A stretch of 64,000 nucleotides of DNA from an uncultured Nitrososphaerota archaeon (GTDB lineage Archaea; Thermoproteota; Nitrososphaeria; Nitrososphaerales; CADDZS01), in contig CAWCYI010000004.1 in assembly GCA_963799845.1 (NCBI GenBank), forward strand, positions 928,001 to 992,000. Reading direction: 5' to 3'. The notes beneath the pieces were generated by a model. That model did not search any database. It saw nothing but the letters and a program-made list of their open reading frames with translations, and was not told the origin of the DNA. The translations under genes were made by a program, and so were the position numbers. Shown piece by piece: positions 51,055-61,644 of the stretch (position 1 is the first letter of the stretch; each line of letters begins with the position of its first letter).

Positions 51055-51537
51055 TTGGTTGACGCGACTACTCTGATCGTGATAAGCACCTTAGTACAGA
51101 CGCTCGTGATAACGGTCACGCTGATTGTTTTTGTGATGCAATTTCGCAGTCAGGAGAAGGCGATCAAGGAGGCGTCATACCAAGGCCTCATGGGTCGGTA
51201 CAACGATTTTATCACAACAATGGTCGATAAGCCGGTGGTTGCGAAGCTTTTGATGGACGAGTCGTTGCGAGAGACAGTTTCTCCGGAAGACGCGACCATC
51301 ACTGCTCATTTGCTCCTGGCTTACGGCATTATTGAAGAAGCTTTTCTCCTTTAAGCAAAGAAGTGGATAGACGAAGACACGTGGCTGCAGTGGTCTGCGT
51401 GGCTGGTTGCATTATCCGCGCATCCACTATTCAAGGGCATCCCTGAGAAGACAGCGGGAACTTTTGACAGAAGATTTGAGGAGTATGTAAGAAAGATAAT
51501 ACGAGAAAATAGTGTCAAGGCTGCGGTTGCCGGATAG
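51055..51537 (+). pseudogene. Membrane-anchored helical protein with an in-frame TAA at 51352
   Basis: Frame continues after the stop as AKKWIDEDTWLQW...FEEYV. Confidence 0.7.
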
Positions 51538-51562
51538 AATTCGTTACGGCAAATTCGGTGCA

Positions 51563-52512
51563 TTAAAACTTTGGGAGTACGATTTCTCCGAAAAGCATCA
51601 AGGATTGTAATTCGTTGGGGCCACTGAAGCTTGTAATCAGGTACTCGATTCCCGCGTCGGCAAATTCCTCGATCTGGTCTTGGACCTGTTTTGGAGTGCC
51701 GTATATCATAGCCTCTTTCAACATCCCGGCTGGCATCATATTCGACAATTCCGCTACCTTCCGGTTTACCTCTTCTTCGTCTTTGCTGATAAGGACGCGA
51801 GTGAGCTTTGTCTTCAAGATCGAGTCATAGTCCCTTCCGGCTGCTTCGCAATGCATTCGAAGCACTGCTAATTTTTTCTTGACGGTTTCCGGCGATCCGA
51901 ACAGATTGCACGCATCTCCATACCTTGCAACCGTTCTGAGAAGGAATTTTTCTCCACTGCCGCCGATCAAGATCTTGGGAGTCGGCTTCTGGATCGGCTT
52001 TGGATTGCAGATCGCGTTTTCAATCTTGTAGTATTTTCCATTGAAATTAGTTCGGTCTTCGGTCCACATCTTTCTAACTATCTGGACTGCTTCTTCAAGA
52101 CGGGCGAGTCGTTCCCGGTCGGCGGAAACGGGATGCCATATGCCCGCGCTTCAACATCGTTCCAGGCCGCGCCGATTCCAAAGAACAGCCTACCCTTGCT
52201 CAGGACATCTAGAGTAGCCCCGATTTTTGCGAGCACTGACGGGTATCTGTAAGAGTTCCCGGTAACCATAGTTCCCAATTTTATTTCGGATGTCAGACCT
52301 GCAAGGACGGAAATAGTCATCCATCCTTCGAGCATCGGTTCCTCGGGCTTGCCAACATTCATGATCTGGTGAAAATGATCCATAACCCAGAACGAATTAA
52401 ATTTTAGATCCTCGGCGGTGTTAACAAGAGTAGAAAGCGTATCGATAATTTTAGCTCCTTCGCCATCATAACTAAAGTTGGGGTGCTGGATTCCGAATTT
52501 CATGCGAGACAA
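51563..52512 (-). CDS. LLM class F420-dependent oxidoreductase, Rv1855c-like (frameshift near 52110)
   Basis: WVMDHFHQ, YRYPSVLAK, GIGAAW, PKPIQKP and IGGSGE. Confidence 0.92.
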
Positions 52513-52705
52513 TTTCTTTTTCTGCTCACGATTCTAGTGATACAGGGTCAATAAACAAGTCGGAGACGGTATTTCAAATTCTTCATGTTACAAAAAGTTC
52601 TGTGCGCCGATACGTATTGGGAATACGTTTGTCTTAAGTACAAATTCCGCTCTAATCGCTCTTTAGGAAAAACTCGAAGTATTCCTGATGAGAAGTTCAA
52701 ACTAA

Positions 52706-52892
52706 TATAACAGCACATCGCGCGCCACTCAAGGAGGGAGACACGGTATATCTGCTGGATAAGAAGGTAAGAGGGAAGGTCCTCGGGAGATTGAAGTATC
52801 TGGTGCTACTTGAAATCGAGGGCACGCACGAGAAACTGAAGGAGCATCGAGGAGACCTCAAGCTCATCCACCCAAAGATGAGCAAATTCTGA
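52706..52892 (+). CDS. Small KOW/SH3-like protein (start unclear; not in the ORF track)
   Basis: PLKEGDTVYLLDKKVRGKVLG... Confidence 0.5.
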
Positions 52893-52922
52893 TTCGATGA
52901 TGAGGCTAAATCTAAAGCGTTA

Positions 52923-53882
52923 TCAGGATAGAATTTCCTTCAGCTGAGCGGGCGAAATGTTTGCTCCGCTCGTCACTATCGCGACCTTCTTTCCTTTCAA
53001 TTTCTCCTGCGATTTGATCAGCGCAGCTAGCGGAGCTGCCCCGGCTGCTTCCACCAAGTTGTGAGTTTTCTCGATCAGCAGCAAAATGGCCCTTCGAATT
53101 TCATCGTCCGACACGAGGACGAAATCATCCAGCCGCGACCGAAGAATTTCTTGTGTGAGCTCGAAACCGACGCGGGTTGCGAGACCTTCAGCAAACGTCC
53201 CCATCTTGTCTGAAACCAGTTTTCCCTCCTTCCAGGAAAGATACGCGGCCGGCGCGGCGGATGCCTGGACGCCGATAACCTTTGACGTGGAATTCATCGC
53301 TCTTGCAACGATGCATGCTCCCGAAGCCATGCTCCCTCCACCGACTGGAAGTATGATCGCGTCTACATCTGGAAGATCCTCGAAGATCTCCAGAGAGAGC
53401 GTTGCAACTCCAGCGATCAGCTTTGGCTCGTTTGCAGAGTGGACGTATCTGATGTCATGCTGAGCAGCAGTTTTTTCTGCGTACTCCCTTGATTCGTCGA
53501 AATCTTTTCCGTACTGGACAACTTCCGCGCCGAGCCTCTTGGTCGCTTCGACCTTCAGCGGGTTCGCATTGACCGGCATGATAATCGTAGCTTTTACTCC
53601 GAAAATTCGCGAGGCATACGCAATCGATTGTGCGTGATTCCCGGTGGAAGCGCTGATCACGCCCCTTGATTTTTCGCTGTCGGACAGCTGCGAGATCAGG
53701 TTTATCCCGCCGCGGACCTTGAAGGCGTTCGTCGGGAGGTGGTTTTCATGTTTAACGTAGACCTGCGCCGACACCATATCTCCAAGGCTGTCGTACTTGA
53801 TCAGCGGAGTCCTCGGGAGATAGGCCTTGATCCTTCGCTTGGCGTCGAGAACGTCTGACAGAGACGGGATGTCTTTTGCCAA
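52923..53882 (-). CDS. Threonine/serine dehydratase (PLP, no ACT domain)
   Basis: KHEN..AFKVRG, STGNHAQ, PVGGG and SGAN. Confidence 0.93.
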   Translation of the reverse strand: MAKDIPSLSDVLDAKRRIKAYLPRTPLIKYDSLGDMVSAQVYVKHENHLPTNAFKVRGGINLISQLSDSEKSRGVISASTGNHAQSIAYASRIFGVKATIIMPVNANPLKVEATKRLGAEVVQYGKDFDESREYAEKTAAQHDIRYVHSANEPKLIAGVATLSLEIFEDLPDVDAIILPVGGGSMASGACIVARAMNSTSKVIGVQASAAPAAYLSWKEGKLVSDKMGTFAEGLATRVGFELTQEILRSRLDDFVLVSDDEIRRAILLLIEKTHNLVEAAGAAPLAALIKSQEKLKGKKVAIVTSGANISPAQLKEILS

Positions 53883-53927
53883 ATCAGGAATTTCGTGTCA
53901 ATAAAGCTCCATAACTCTTTCTCGGAT

Positions 53928-55496
53928 TCAAAGCAAAGGGCTGACGTGGCGGTCGATCGGGATTTCGATCAGGGAAGATTTGCCTGATTGGATTGCGTTT
54001 TGCACGGTCGAGGTTATCTGATCGGGATCGGCGACCCGCTTGAACTCGACGCCGTATCCCTTCGCCAGCCCCTCGAAATCGATTCCGGGGATGTCGAGGC
54101 CGGGCAATCCCTCTTCGTGGAGTAGTATTGCAAATGACTTGAGGATGGCGTACTCGCTGTTATTCAGGACGATGAACGTCACGGCCGTATGATAGTTTGC
54201 GGCACTCCACAGAGATTGAATCGAGTACCGAGCTGAACCGTCTCCCACTATGCAAACCACGGGCCTCTCGATCTGCGCAATTGCCCCGCCGACCGCTGCC
54301 GGCATAGCAAACCCGAGGCCTCCATTCGCGGTATGGAAGTGGCTCTTCGATCCGGTAAGATTGAGTCTCTCATATTTTTCAGAGGTTGGAGCTTCGTCAA
54401 ACACTACTGCGTTAGAAGGGATAACTTCGGCAAGCCTCTGGTAGACGTACTCGGAAGTTGGAGGGATGGAACGGTTCGCGTGGGTAGTCTTGTGGTGCAG
54501 CGGCGGTGACCCTTCCCTCTGCTTCACCAGACTCAGCAGCTGCTTGATTCCAAGAGAAACGTCTCCGACTACGCTAGTTCCGGTGACAGCGCGAGACGCC
54601 ATCATCGGATCGTTCGTAATCTGGAACACTTTGGTTCCAACATTGACGAAAGGTCCGGGGATGTAGGGGTAGTATTCGAAAACTGGAGTGCCGATGGCCA
54701 AAACGGTATCGTAAGGTGCGAGTGTATCGCTGACCGTCTTCATCGCGGATGGGAGACGACCGTGAAAAAGTTCGTGGCCAGGCGGAAAGCTCCATCGGTA
54801 GGCAACGGGCGGAAAAAATACGTGGGATCTCAAAAGCTCGGCCAGTCTTACGAGATCAGTGTTAGAACCGGAAGCGTCAACCTGCTCTCCGGCAATTAGA
54901 GCGATCTTTCCAGCCTGTGAAAGCGCCTTTGCAATCTCCTCGATCGCGCTTTTATCCGGAGCGACCCTGTAGCTGACACTTCTTATCTCAACGGTCGGGC
55001 ACTCGTCTTCGAGCCCGTCCATCGGGATGGAGACAAAAACAGGGCCCCTCGGTTCGCTCATTGCAATGTGGTAAGCTCTCTCGATCGCTTCCGGAACATC
55101 GATAGATCTCTGCGGCTCAACGCTCCACTTTACGTAGGGTTTTACAAACTCCGTCTGCCTACCCCAGAGACGTGGTTCTGTCCGGAGCTGTCTGCGATCC
55201 TGCTGACCGGCAGTTATGATGAGCGGAGCCTGCGCATGCCAAGCGGTGATGATCGCACCCATCGCGTTTCCAGTTCCGGCCGCCGTGTGGAGATTTACAA
55301 CGGTGGGTTTGTCGCTGAGGAAAGAATACCCAACGGCCATAGCTACGGCCGAGCCTTCGTGCAATCCTAGGATGTAGCTAAAATCACCGTGGAAATTTTC
55401 GAGAAACGGCAGCTCCGTAGAACCAGGATTTCCGAAAATGACAAAAAGCCCGTGGGCCTTCAAAACCTGAAAGATCCTTTCCCTCACGCTTGCCAA
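53928..55496 (-). CDS. mdlC: ThDP-dependent benzoylformate decarboxylase-like enzyme
   Basis: FGNPGSTELPF, LHTAAGTGNAMG, GGLGFAMPAAVG, GDGS..YS and YAILK. Confidence 0.88.
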   Translation of the reverse strand: MASVRERIFQVLKAHGLFVIFGNPGSTELPFLENFHGDFSYILGLHEGSAVAMAVGYSFLSDKPTVVNLHTAAGTGNAMGAIITAWHAQAPLIITAGQQDRRQLRTEPRLWGRQTEFVKPYVKWSVEPQRSIDVPEAIERAYHIAMSEPRGPVFVSIPMDGLEDECPTVEIRSVSYRVAPDKSAIEEIAKALSQAGKIALIAGEQVDASGSNTDLVRLAELLRSHVFFPPVAYRWSFPPGHELFHGRLPSAMKTVSDTLAPYDTVLAIGTPVFEYYPYIPGPFVNVGTKVFQITNDPMMASRAVTGTSVVGDVSLGIKQLLSLVKQREGSPPLHHKTTHANRSIPPTSEYVYQRLAEVIPSNAVVFDEAPTSEKYERLNLTGSKSHFHTANGGLGFAMPAAVGGAIAQIERPVVCIVGDGSARYSIQSLWSAANYHTAVTFIVLNNSEYAILKSFAILLHEEGLPGLDIPGIDFEGLAKGYGVEFKRVADPDQITSTVQNAIQSGKSSLIEIPIDRHVSPLL

Positions 55497-55589
55497 GATT
55501 TTCACAATTTGTCGTTTCCAGTCTCGCGATAAAGATAGTGGTAGAATCAAATTGAACTCGGTGTTTTGAACTCTGATTGAGCGGCAGAT

Positions 55590-55695
55590 AGCTGAAACAA
55601 GCTGTTTCAATCAAACAGGGCTTGAAACGAGCTGCTAGAAAGCAATCTGCTGAGTACATACGCGCGGATGTGGAGCTCCCCGAGGGGGGGCCCCT
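55590..55695 (+). repeat. Repeat family 4, copy 2
   Basis: AGCT units, GCTTGAAACGAGCTG (55620-55634) and AGGGGGGGCCCCT. Confidence 0.65.
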
Positions 55696-55943
55696 CCATA
55701 TTTTATCAAAGGTTTGTAGGAGGCGAGATGGCGGCGCTCGATGCTATTACAATATCGTCAATCTCACTAACCAAAGATTAGCAACGAAGACTCGGTGTTC
55801 CTTTGGCGGATCGCTAAACCAGAAATGTCGATTTCCCACCACTTCGTATGCAAATTTTGCTAGTCTTTGAGAGTTCAATAGTCGTGTGACGATGGCGAAT
55901 GGCCGATCAGATACTCGTCAATGATTTTTAGCGCGTGTTTGTT

Positions 55944-56294
55944 TCAAAAATTGGTAATGCATTCACGAAAAGATTCCAAGTCCCTAATAGAACCTCTAAC
56001 GACCTTCAAGTTATGAGATTCAATCCCTTTATTTGTATCCTCGATTACTTGCTCGAAAATTTGCTTTTGTTCGTCAGTTAGTCTTATCGTATTCTGATCT
56101 AAAACAGAAGGCTCCTTCGCGGATTGAAACAGAGACTCAAAAGTTTGCAATTTGTCCCTCACAATTTCATTAGCATTAGGAAGATCCGGGGAATTGAGTT
56201 CCTCAACATACCTCTCCTTCGTTTTCATTGCACTCACGATGTTTTCTACACTTTCGATATGAGGCTGGAATCGATTTTTTGGGTTCGATTGCAT
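55944..56294 (-). CDS. Hypothetical protein
   Basis: ATG start; helical composition. Confidence 0.6.
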   Translation of the reverse strand: MQSNPKNRFQPHIESVENIVSAMKTKERYVEELNSPDLPNANEIVRDKLQTFESLFQSAKEPSVLDQNTIRLTDEQKQIFEQVIEDTNKGIESHNLKVVRGSIRDLESFRECITNF

Positions 56295-56516
56295 TATTCT
56301 AATGAAGGCTTGGAGATCCTATAATAGATTTTAGAGTATCAACTCATAACTCCCTTTTCCAAGGAAGGCAAAATGCGCCCAGTTTTGGAAGTCAGGAATC
56401 ATAGGAGAGCCTGATACCTCCTCAAAAATTGGGACATGTTTGTCTAAGCACCGAACCTAGAAAAGCCATCGGAATGTGCTCCGCTGCTTATGCAACCATG
56501 TGCGGTCAATCCAAGA

Positions 56517-56948
56517 TTAATAGATCTCCTCCGGCGTGACCACTGCAACGTATTTCTTGATTTTACTTGAAAATGGTTTGTCCCTCGTGACAAAATACTC
56601 GACACCGGATCGCAGGGCTGTAGCGAGATGGTACGCATCGTGGACAGTGATTTTGTCTTTCAAGACATGCCGGGCGGCTTCTCGGCACATGTCCTTATCG
56701 AGCGGAACGATGGAGAGGGACTGAATATCCTCAAGCGCAGAAAGAGCTCTCTCTGCTTCGATTCCATACCCGCTGGCATTCATGTCGAGCATGATTTCGA
56801 CCATGGCCACGGCAGAGGTTACGGCATACAATTTGTCTGCCTGAATCTTTCGAAGCAAGGCGGCTGAACTTGCCTCAAAGGGCGATTCCTTGTACACGAC
56901 ATTGAGGAAAATATTCGTATCCAAGTATAAAGCGACGTTATCACTCAA
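56517..56948 (-). CDS. vapC: PIN-domain VapC toxin
   Basis: YLDTNIF, DAYHLATA and VTRD. Confidence 0.93.
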   Translation of the reverse strand: MSDNVALYLDTNIFLNVVYKESPFEASSAALLRKIQADKLYAVTSAVAMVEIMLDMNASGYGIEAERALSALEDIQSLSIVPLDKDMCREAARHVLKDKITVHDAYHLATALRSGVEYFVTRDKPFSSKIKKYVAVVTPEEIY

Positions 56949-56951
56949 AAT

Positions 56952-57212
56952 CTAGTGGCCCTTAGAACTTACTTGGCGGTCTATTTCTTTGCGGAGCTTT
57001 CGAACGCTCGCCACAGAAGACCCCTTGCGTTGGATTCTCAATAGATTTTCTAGCCTGTTAACGGGATCTTTTTCAAGGGGCCTCAGCAGGATTCCCTCTG
57101 GAGATAGCTTTGCCTTCACCACGCTATCTTCTTTAATTCCGGCAGCATCACGCAGAGCTTTCGGAAGTATAGTGACCCCCTTCCTTCTGACCTTGAGGAC
57201 GGCTTCGTTCAA
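56952..57212 (-). CDS. vapB: AbrB/MazE-type antitoxin
   Basis: KVRRKGVTILPKALRDAAGIKE..ILLRP; immediately upstream of vapC. Confidence 0.9.
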   Translation of the reverse strand: MNEAVLKVRRKGVTILPKALRDAAGIKEDSVVKAKLSPEGILLRPLEKDPVNRLENLLRIQRKGSSVASVRKLRKEIDRQVSSKGH

Positions 57213-57250
57213 ACCAGACCTGTACTGGAGGTTGAACTTTTTTAAGTTTT

Positions 57251-57267
57251 GTTAAACCTGGTTTAAC
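57251..57267. promoter_or_regulatory. Putative vapBC operator
   Basis: 8-1-8 palindrome GTTAAACC-T-GGTTTAAC about 40 bp upstream of vapB. Confidence 0.6.
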
Positions 57268-57415
57268 TTATTGAAAAAGCTTCACGAGGAAAAATCGTCC
57301 CGTATAATGGGTGGTGAAATTCGGGGAAATGACAGATGAGCTACGGATCGCAAGTACAGATTAAGGAATGAATTAGGAAAACGCGTAATAGGATCATCAA
57401 CCATTATCTTAGGTT

Positions 57416-57847
57416 ATGACTCTCTTTGGGAACAAACGTAAAGCAGAAGCTACCAAACAAATACAAGAGCAATCGCCCAAGAAGCTCACGCTGAAGGATC
57501 TAGTTCCAAACGATGAAAAAATGTATCTGGCAATGCAAACCTTTCTCCTTGGAGATCCAGAAAGGCAGCTTCCGATGCTTGGTAGTACCGATTCACTGCT
57601 AGCCAAGGGCGATCAAGATAAAGCGAACGGAGAAAAATTGAGGGCGCGAATGAGCTATGAGACCGCGGCAAAAATAGAAATTTACAAGCAGAACAAGGAT
57701 GGCGCTGAAAAGTGCCTCCGGCTCGCAAAAGAGGTTACAGAGAATGAAGACCGCCGCGCGTTGCTCGAGACAATGCTCGCGAACATGGATGAAGTCCTGC
57801 GCATTTCAAAGTTGTATACTAGCTCGGCAACTCATCGGAACATGTGA
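57416..57847 (+). CDS. Hypothetical helical protein
   Basis: ATG start; TPR-like helices. Confidence 0.7.
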   Translation: MTLFGNKRKAEATKQIQEQSPKKLTLKDLVPNDEKMYLAMQTFLLGDPERQLPMLGSTDSLLAKGDQDKANGEKLRARMSYETAAKIEIYKQNKDGAEKCLRLAKEVTENEDRRALLETMLANMDEVLRISKLYTSSATHRNM

Positions 57848-57932
57848 CGGAAACTTTTCCCCGAGCTTTAATTGGATAGTGTAGATTATGTTGGATTCTA
57901 TCGATTGATTCCCTGAATCTACGCTTATTTTT

Positions 57933-59071
57933 CTATCGGGTTATTTTGCCGGCTTTCAGCAGTGCTCTACCATCTACAGTGACATCGGCTCCTCGAAGAA
58001 GCAGCCAAGATTTGAACTCGCCCTGGGGCTGCGTTCTTCCTGCAGTCCTGTTCGATCCTCCGAGCCATTCGTTGGAGCCAATGAAAAAGGCAACCACTCC
58101 CTGCTCCTGGTCTTCAAAGAGAGGCGAGTTGCGAATCTTCGGATTTAATCCAATAGATAGTATGCCGGGGCGATCGCGGATCTCCACCAGCCTTGATGTA
58201 CATGTCGGAAAAATACTTCTCACCGCGAACGTCAGCTGTATCTTGAAAGTCTTCCATTGTTGAATGCCCAATCCCCACCGTCGCTACGCCCCCGCGAAGG
58301 ACCATGCCTTGTCGGACGATTCGCAATGAACTTTCCTTCAGCAAACTTCTCATCAACTGCGACATCAACGACGCCAGAAGGAATGTTGCTTTCTCCAAAG
58401 CCCGCCTTTACATCTGCCTCATCAACAACGCCGTCGTCGACGAAAGCCTTTCTCCCTTTCAGGCGGAGCTCCAGCTTGGTTCCATTTCGATGAGTAATCA
58501 ACACTCGATGACCGTTTTCAAATTCTTCCGCGATCTTTCTGCCGTCTCTTACCATTTGCTGGGGGTCTATCGTACTTGCTTCAAGGAGTTCTGTGATCCA
58601 GTCAGTGTAACTGATCCCATATTCTTTTGCAAGCTCTTCTGTCGCTCGGGTGAGTTCTATCCTACACCATCGCAGTCCGGTCTCCTCTGCTGTCTTGAAC
58701 CATTTATCCTCATATGCAGTTAGTTCCTTTAACGTTGAGCTAGGAAGGTTGTGCCAGCGCGTTCTGTCTGCTGGACCCCAAAAGTAGACGTATGCATCGG
58801 TCTCCCTGAGTGTCGCCCACTCCTGGGCGCCGATCACCCCAAGACTCTTTGCACGGCCATCCTCGACGTTAGCCCAGAAAGCATTGTCGCTATCGTAAAT
58901 CGCCATCGGTATAAGACCCATCTTCCTCGCTTCGATCAAAAAGGAGTCGAGCCAGGGGAGCGCACGTGTCCATGCTTCAATAGTGACTCTCTCCCCTTTT
59001 TTGAGGGCAAGAGAATTCCGAAGTACATTTCTCGCGAGCCGTGGGGCCCATGCCTTGATGTCTATTTCCAT
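57933..59071 (-). CDS. M29-like (thermophilic) aminopeptidase family protein (frameshift near 58260)
   Basis: KKGERVTI, NGTKLEL, SNIPSG, LSIGLNP and VTVDG. Confidence 0.82.
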
Positions 59072-59132
59072 CTCTACTAGAACTGCTGCAAGAAAGACCA
59101 ACTGCCAGAGATTAGTAAATCTTTAGTGCAGA

Positions 59133-59151
59133 ACGTATAACCGTTATACGT
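59133..59151. promoter_or_regulatory. Putative RHH operator
   Basis: 9-1-9 palindrome ACGTATAAC-C-GTTATACGT 15 bp upstream of the RHH gene. Confidence 0.65.
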
Positions 59152-59165
59152 GCTTTGACACCAAG

Positions 59166-59345
59166 ATGCCCTTCACGACCATCAGAATAGAATGGGAAAC
59201 TCGAGACAAACTTCGTGATCTGGGTCGGAAAGGAGAAACCTACGATGAAATCATCAAGCGACTTATTGAAACCACGGAGTCGCAGCGGAGGTCATCTGAA
59301 ACGCAATCCTTCAACAGACCTTCGCGCCCGAGCGACTTTGGCTAG
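59166..59345 (+). CDS. Ribbon-helix-helix DNA-binding protein (59 aa; not in the ORF track)
   Basis: MPFTTIRIEWETRDKLRDLGRKGETYDEIIKRLIE, a typical archaeal RHH pattern. Confidence 0.85.
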   Translation: MPFTTIRIEWETRDKLRDLGRKGETYDEIIKRLIETTESQRRSSETQSFNRPSRPSDFG

Positions 59346-59446
59346 CCAGCTTCGAAAATGTTAAATGCACGCGCGCGTGCTCACAACCTTTAAGCGACAC
59401 GTATAGTACTGTATAAGAACTATAATCGCTATACGATTTCGGACAA

Positions 59447-59944
59447 TTGATAAATAATCGTCCACTGTTGTTCAGGAATATGCAAGCCTTAATTTCCCAC
59501 GAAGAACAGCAGAGTGTGAATAGCAATGGACCAGACACTCAATCTGCCCTAAAGAATGTCAACTCACGTAGCAAGATGACGCTGTTCGTAAGAAGTAAGA
59601 AGGTAGCTGTTGCAAGTAAGACCGTAACTATCCCTGTATACGTTAATGCTCTCTCAGGTTCAAATAAGGTCTCAAAGCGAATCACAATCTACGAGAATGT
59701 TTTGGATGAGGAACAGAAGGATGCACTCGAGAACTCTGCCGCATTAGCAAAAAGTCTCGGCATAGAACTCGAAGTCAGAGATGTTGCAACGTTCAGGATA
59801 TTTACTCGAATAATTAGCTCAATCTTTCGGGACAAGTTTGTGACACGAACTCCATCGGTTTCCTTCGCCGGAGAGGCAATTACATCATTGGTAAGCGCGA
59901 GTCATCCGATCGCCGTACCAAGAAATTATAAGGTGCCAATCTAG
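59447..59944 (+). CDS. Hypothetical protein (start uncertain)
   Basis: ORF only. Confidence 0.6.
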   Translation: MINNRPLLFRNMQALISHEEQQSVNSNGPDTQSALKNVNSRSKMTLFVRSKKVAVASKTVTIPVYVNALSGSNKVSKRITIYENVLDEEQKDALENSAALAKSLGIELEVRDVATFRIFTRIISSIFRDKFVTRTPSVSFAGEAITSLVSASHPIAVPRNYKVPI

Positions 59945-60264
59945 ACAAAAATGTTAGTTCTCCGCATCCTTACGATTGCAACTTTCTTCGCTGCCTCAGA
60001 GATTCGCTGATTTATGGGACAGACGATGGGTATCGCAATAGTATATTTTTCTGTATAACCTATGATGATCTCTTCTAAATTTTCAAAAGTCATCATCAAA
60101 ATCAACACGGGTATCTGCGAATTCCACTTTCGAGATATCCTCCCCGTAGGAGATATCAGTCAGGGCAAATTTTCCTACAGATCAATAACAGAGCGCAAAC
60201 TTTGTTTGCGCTGTACTTAAGACTACGGGATCAAAACAGAAAAAATTCCGTGGAAGTATTCGAG

Positions 60265-61557
60265 ATGGATTCACTATCTAAAGGAGAGTCAGGAGGCAGC
60301 GTTCTTTCAAGAGACACGAAGCTGATCCTTTCGTGGGTCCTGATTAACTCGATTCCAATCGGATACATGAACGTCGTACCTCTGGTATACCTCGTCGAGG
60401 TGGGGTATAACCCGTCTCTCATAGGCGCGATCTACGCGCTCGGGGCTGTTGCTAACACGATCGGGTACATCCCCTTTGGAATGCTCGCGGACAAGTACGG
60501 GCGAAAGGTCTTCGTCATTATCGGAGGTTTCTTGCCGTTTTTCTCGTATGCGATCTTCGGTCTGACTCTGAACGCGGACTGGCTCATCTTCGCAAGCATA
60601 CTCGGTGGCATCGGCCTAGCCGGGGGCCTGGGGGTCGCGATAAACAGTACGGCTCTACTACCTCTATTGACTGAAAAGACGACCGACAAAAACAGGACTC
60701 TACTCTTCGGGATTCTTCAGGGGTTCTGGATAATTGCGATCACGATCGGCTCTCTGCTCAGCTTTCTTCCGAGCGTCCTGATCTCGAATTTTTCCTTGAG
60801 CTCGTACCAAGCTCATTCATACGCTTATTTTGTAATGTCTGCCCTAGTTGCAGTTTCAACGATCCCCATCTTGTTTGTCAAAGAGAAGAAAATAGAGAGA
60901 ACGCCGTTTCCGCGTGGGCAGACATCCCGGATTTCAAGCAGGCTGCAAATCATTTCAGGAAGGAGGATTCTGAACTTTGTGATCGTGTTTGCATTCGCAG
61001 GCCTCGGCGTCGGCGCGATAGTTCAACTCATCCCCACCTGGTACGCATTGAGATTTGGGGCGAACGAGACTACAGCTGGACTGTGGATCGCGATTGCCGA
61101 ATTTTCCGGGATCATCGCGATCCCAATCATCCCCAGGCTGGTGAAGCGCGGCGGTACCGTACTCGCTTCCTCCTCTACGATGATAATATCCTGCGTCTTT
61201 CTGGCTCTGATGCCACTGTCCACGTTCTTCCACGAAGCTGCCGCCCTTTTTGTCATTCGGGCAATTTTTACGACGATTTCGTGGCCGATCTTGCAGTCTT
61301 ACATGATGGGAATCGTCAATGAAAAGGAGAGAGCCACCACGACGGGAATAACTTACACTGCTTGGGCGCTAATGTCGTCGATCGGGACATACATCGGGGG
61401 ATATCTCTTGGGAGCGAATTTGCTGTCATTGCCATTTGTATTCGGGGTGGGTGGTTATCTTGCGTCCGCGATTTTGCTGTATGTTTTATTCAGAAAAATA
61501 AAACCGCCGGAGGAACTGGAACTCGATCTTGGTTCGAGCGAGATAAAAACCGGATGA
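60265..61557 (+). CDS. MFS transporter (12-TM)
   Basis: GMLADKYGRK motif A and multiple TM segments. Confidence 0.93.
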   Translation: MDSLSKGESGGSVLSRDTKLILSWVLINSIPIGYMNVVPLVYLVEVGYNPSLIGAIYALGAVANTIGYIPFGMLADKYGRKVFVIIGGFLPFFSYAIFGLTLNADWLIFASILGGIGLAGGLGVAINSTALLPLLTEKTTDKNRTLLFGILQGFWIIAITIGSLLSFLPSVLISNFSLSSYQAHSYAYFVMSALVAVSTIPILFVKEKKIERTPFPRGQTSRISSRLQIISGRRILNFVIVFAFAGLGVGAIVQLIPTWYALRFGANETTAGLWIAIAEFSGIIAIPIIPRLVKRGGTVLASSSTMIISCVFLALMPLSTFFHEAAALFVIRAIFTTISWPILQSYMMGIVNEKERATTTGITYTAWALMSSIGTYIGGYLLGANLLSLPFVFGVGGYLASAILLYVLFRKIKPPEELELDLGSSEIKTG

Positions 61558-61644
61558 GGTTTGAACCGGGAATGCAGGAAAACGGGAGCATCGTTATGAA
61601 TTCTTAATATCTTAATAACAGATTTCACGCCGGAGATAGGTGTC

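Noticed and set aside
23614-51354. Stop-codon readthrough or recoding (ATG AGG TAG at 23614; TAA at 51352)
   Set aside because: Different stop codons, no pyl/sel machinery in the window, TAG and TAA end many normal genes here, and the sequence is error-rich
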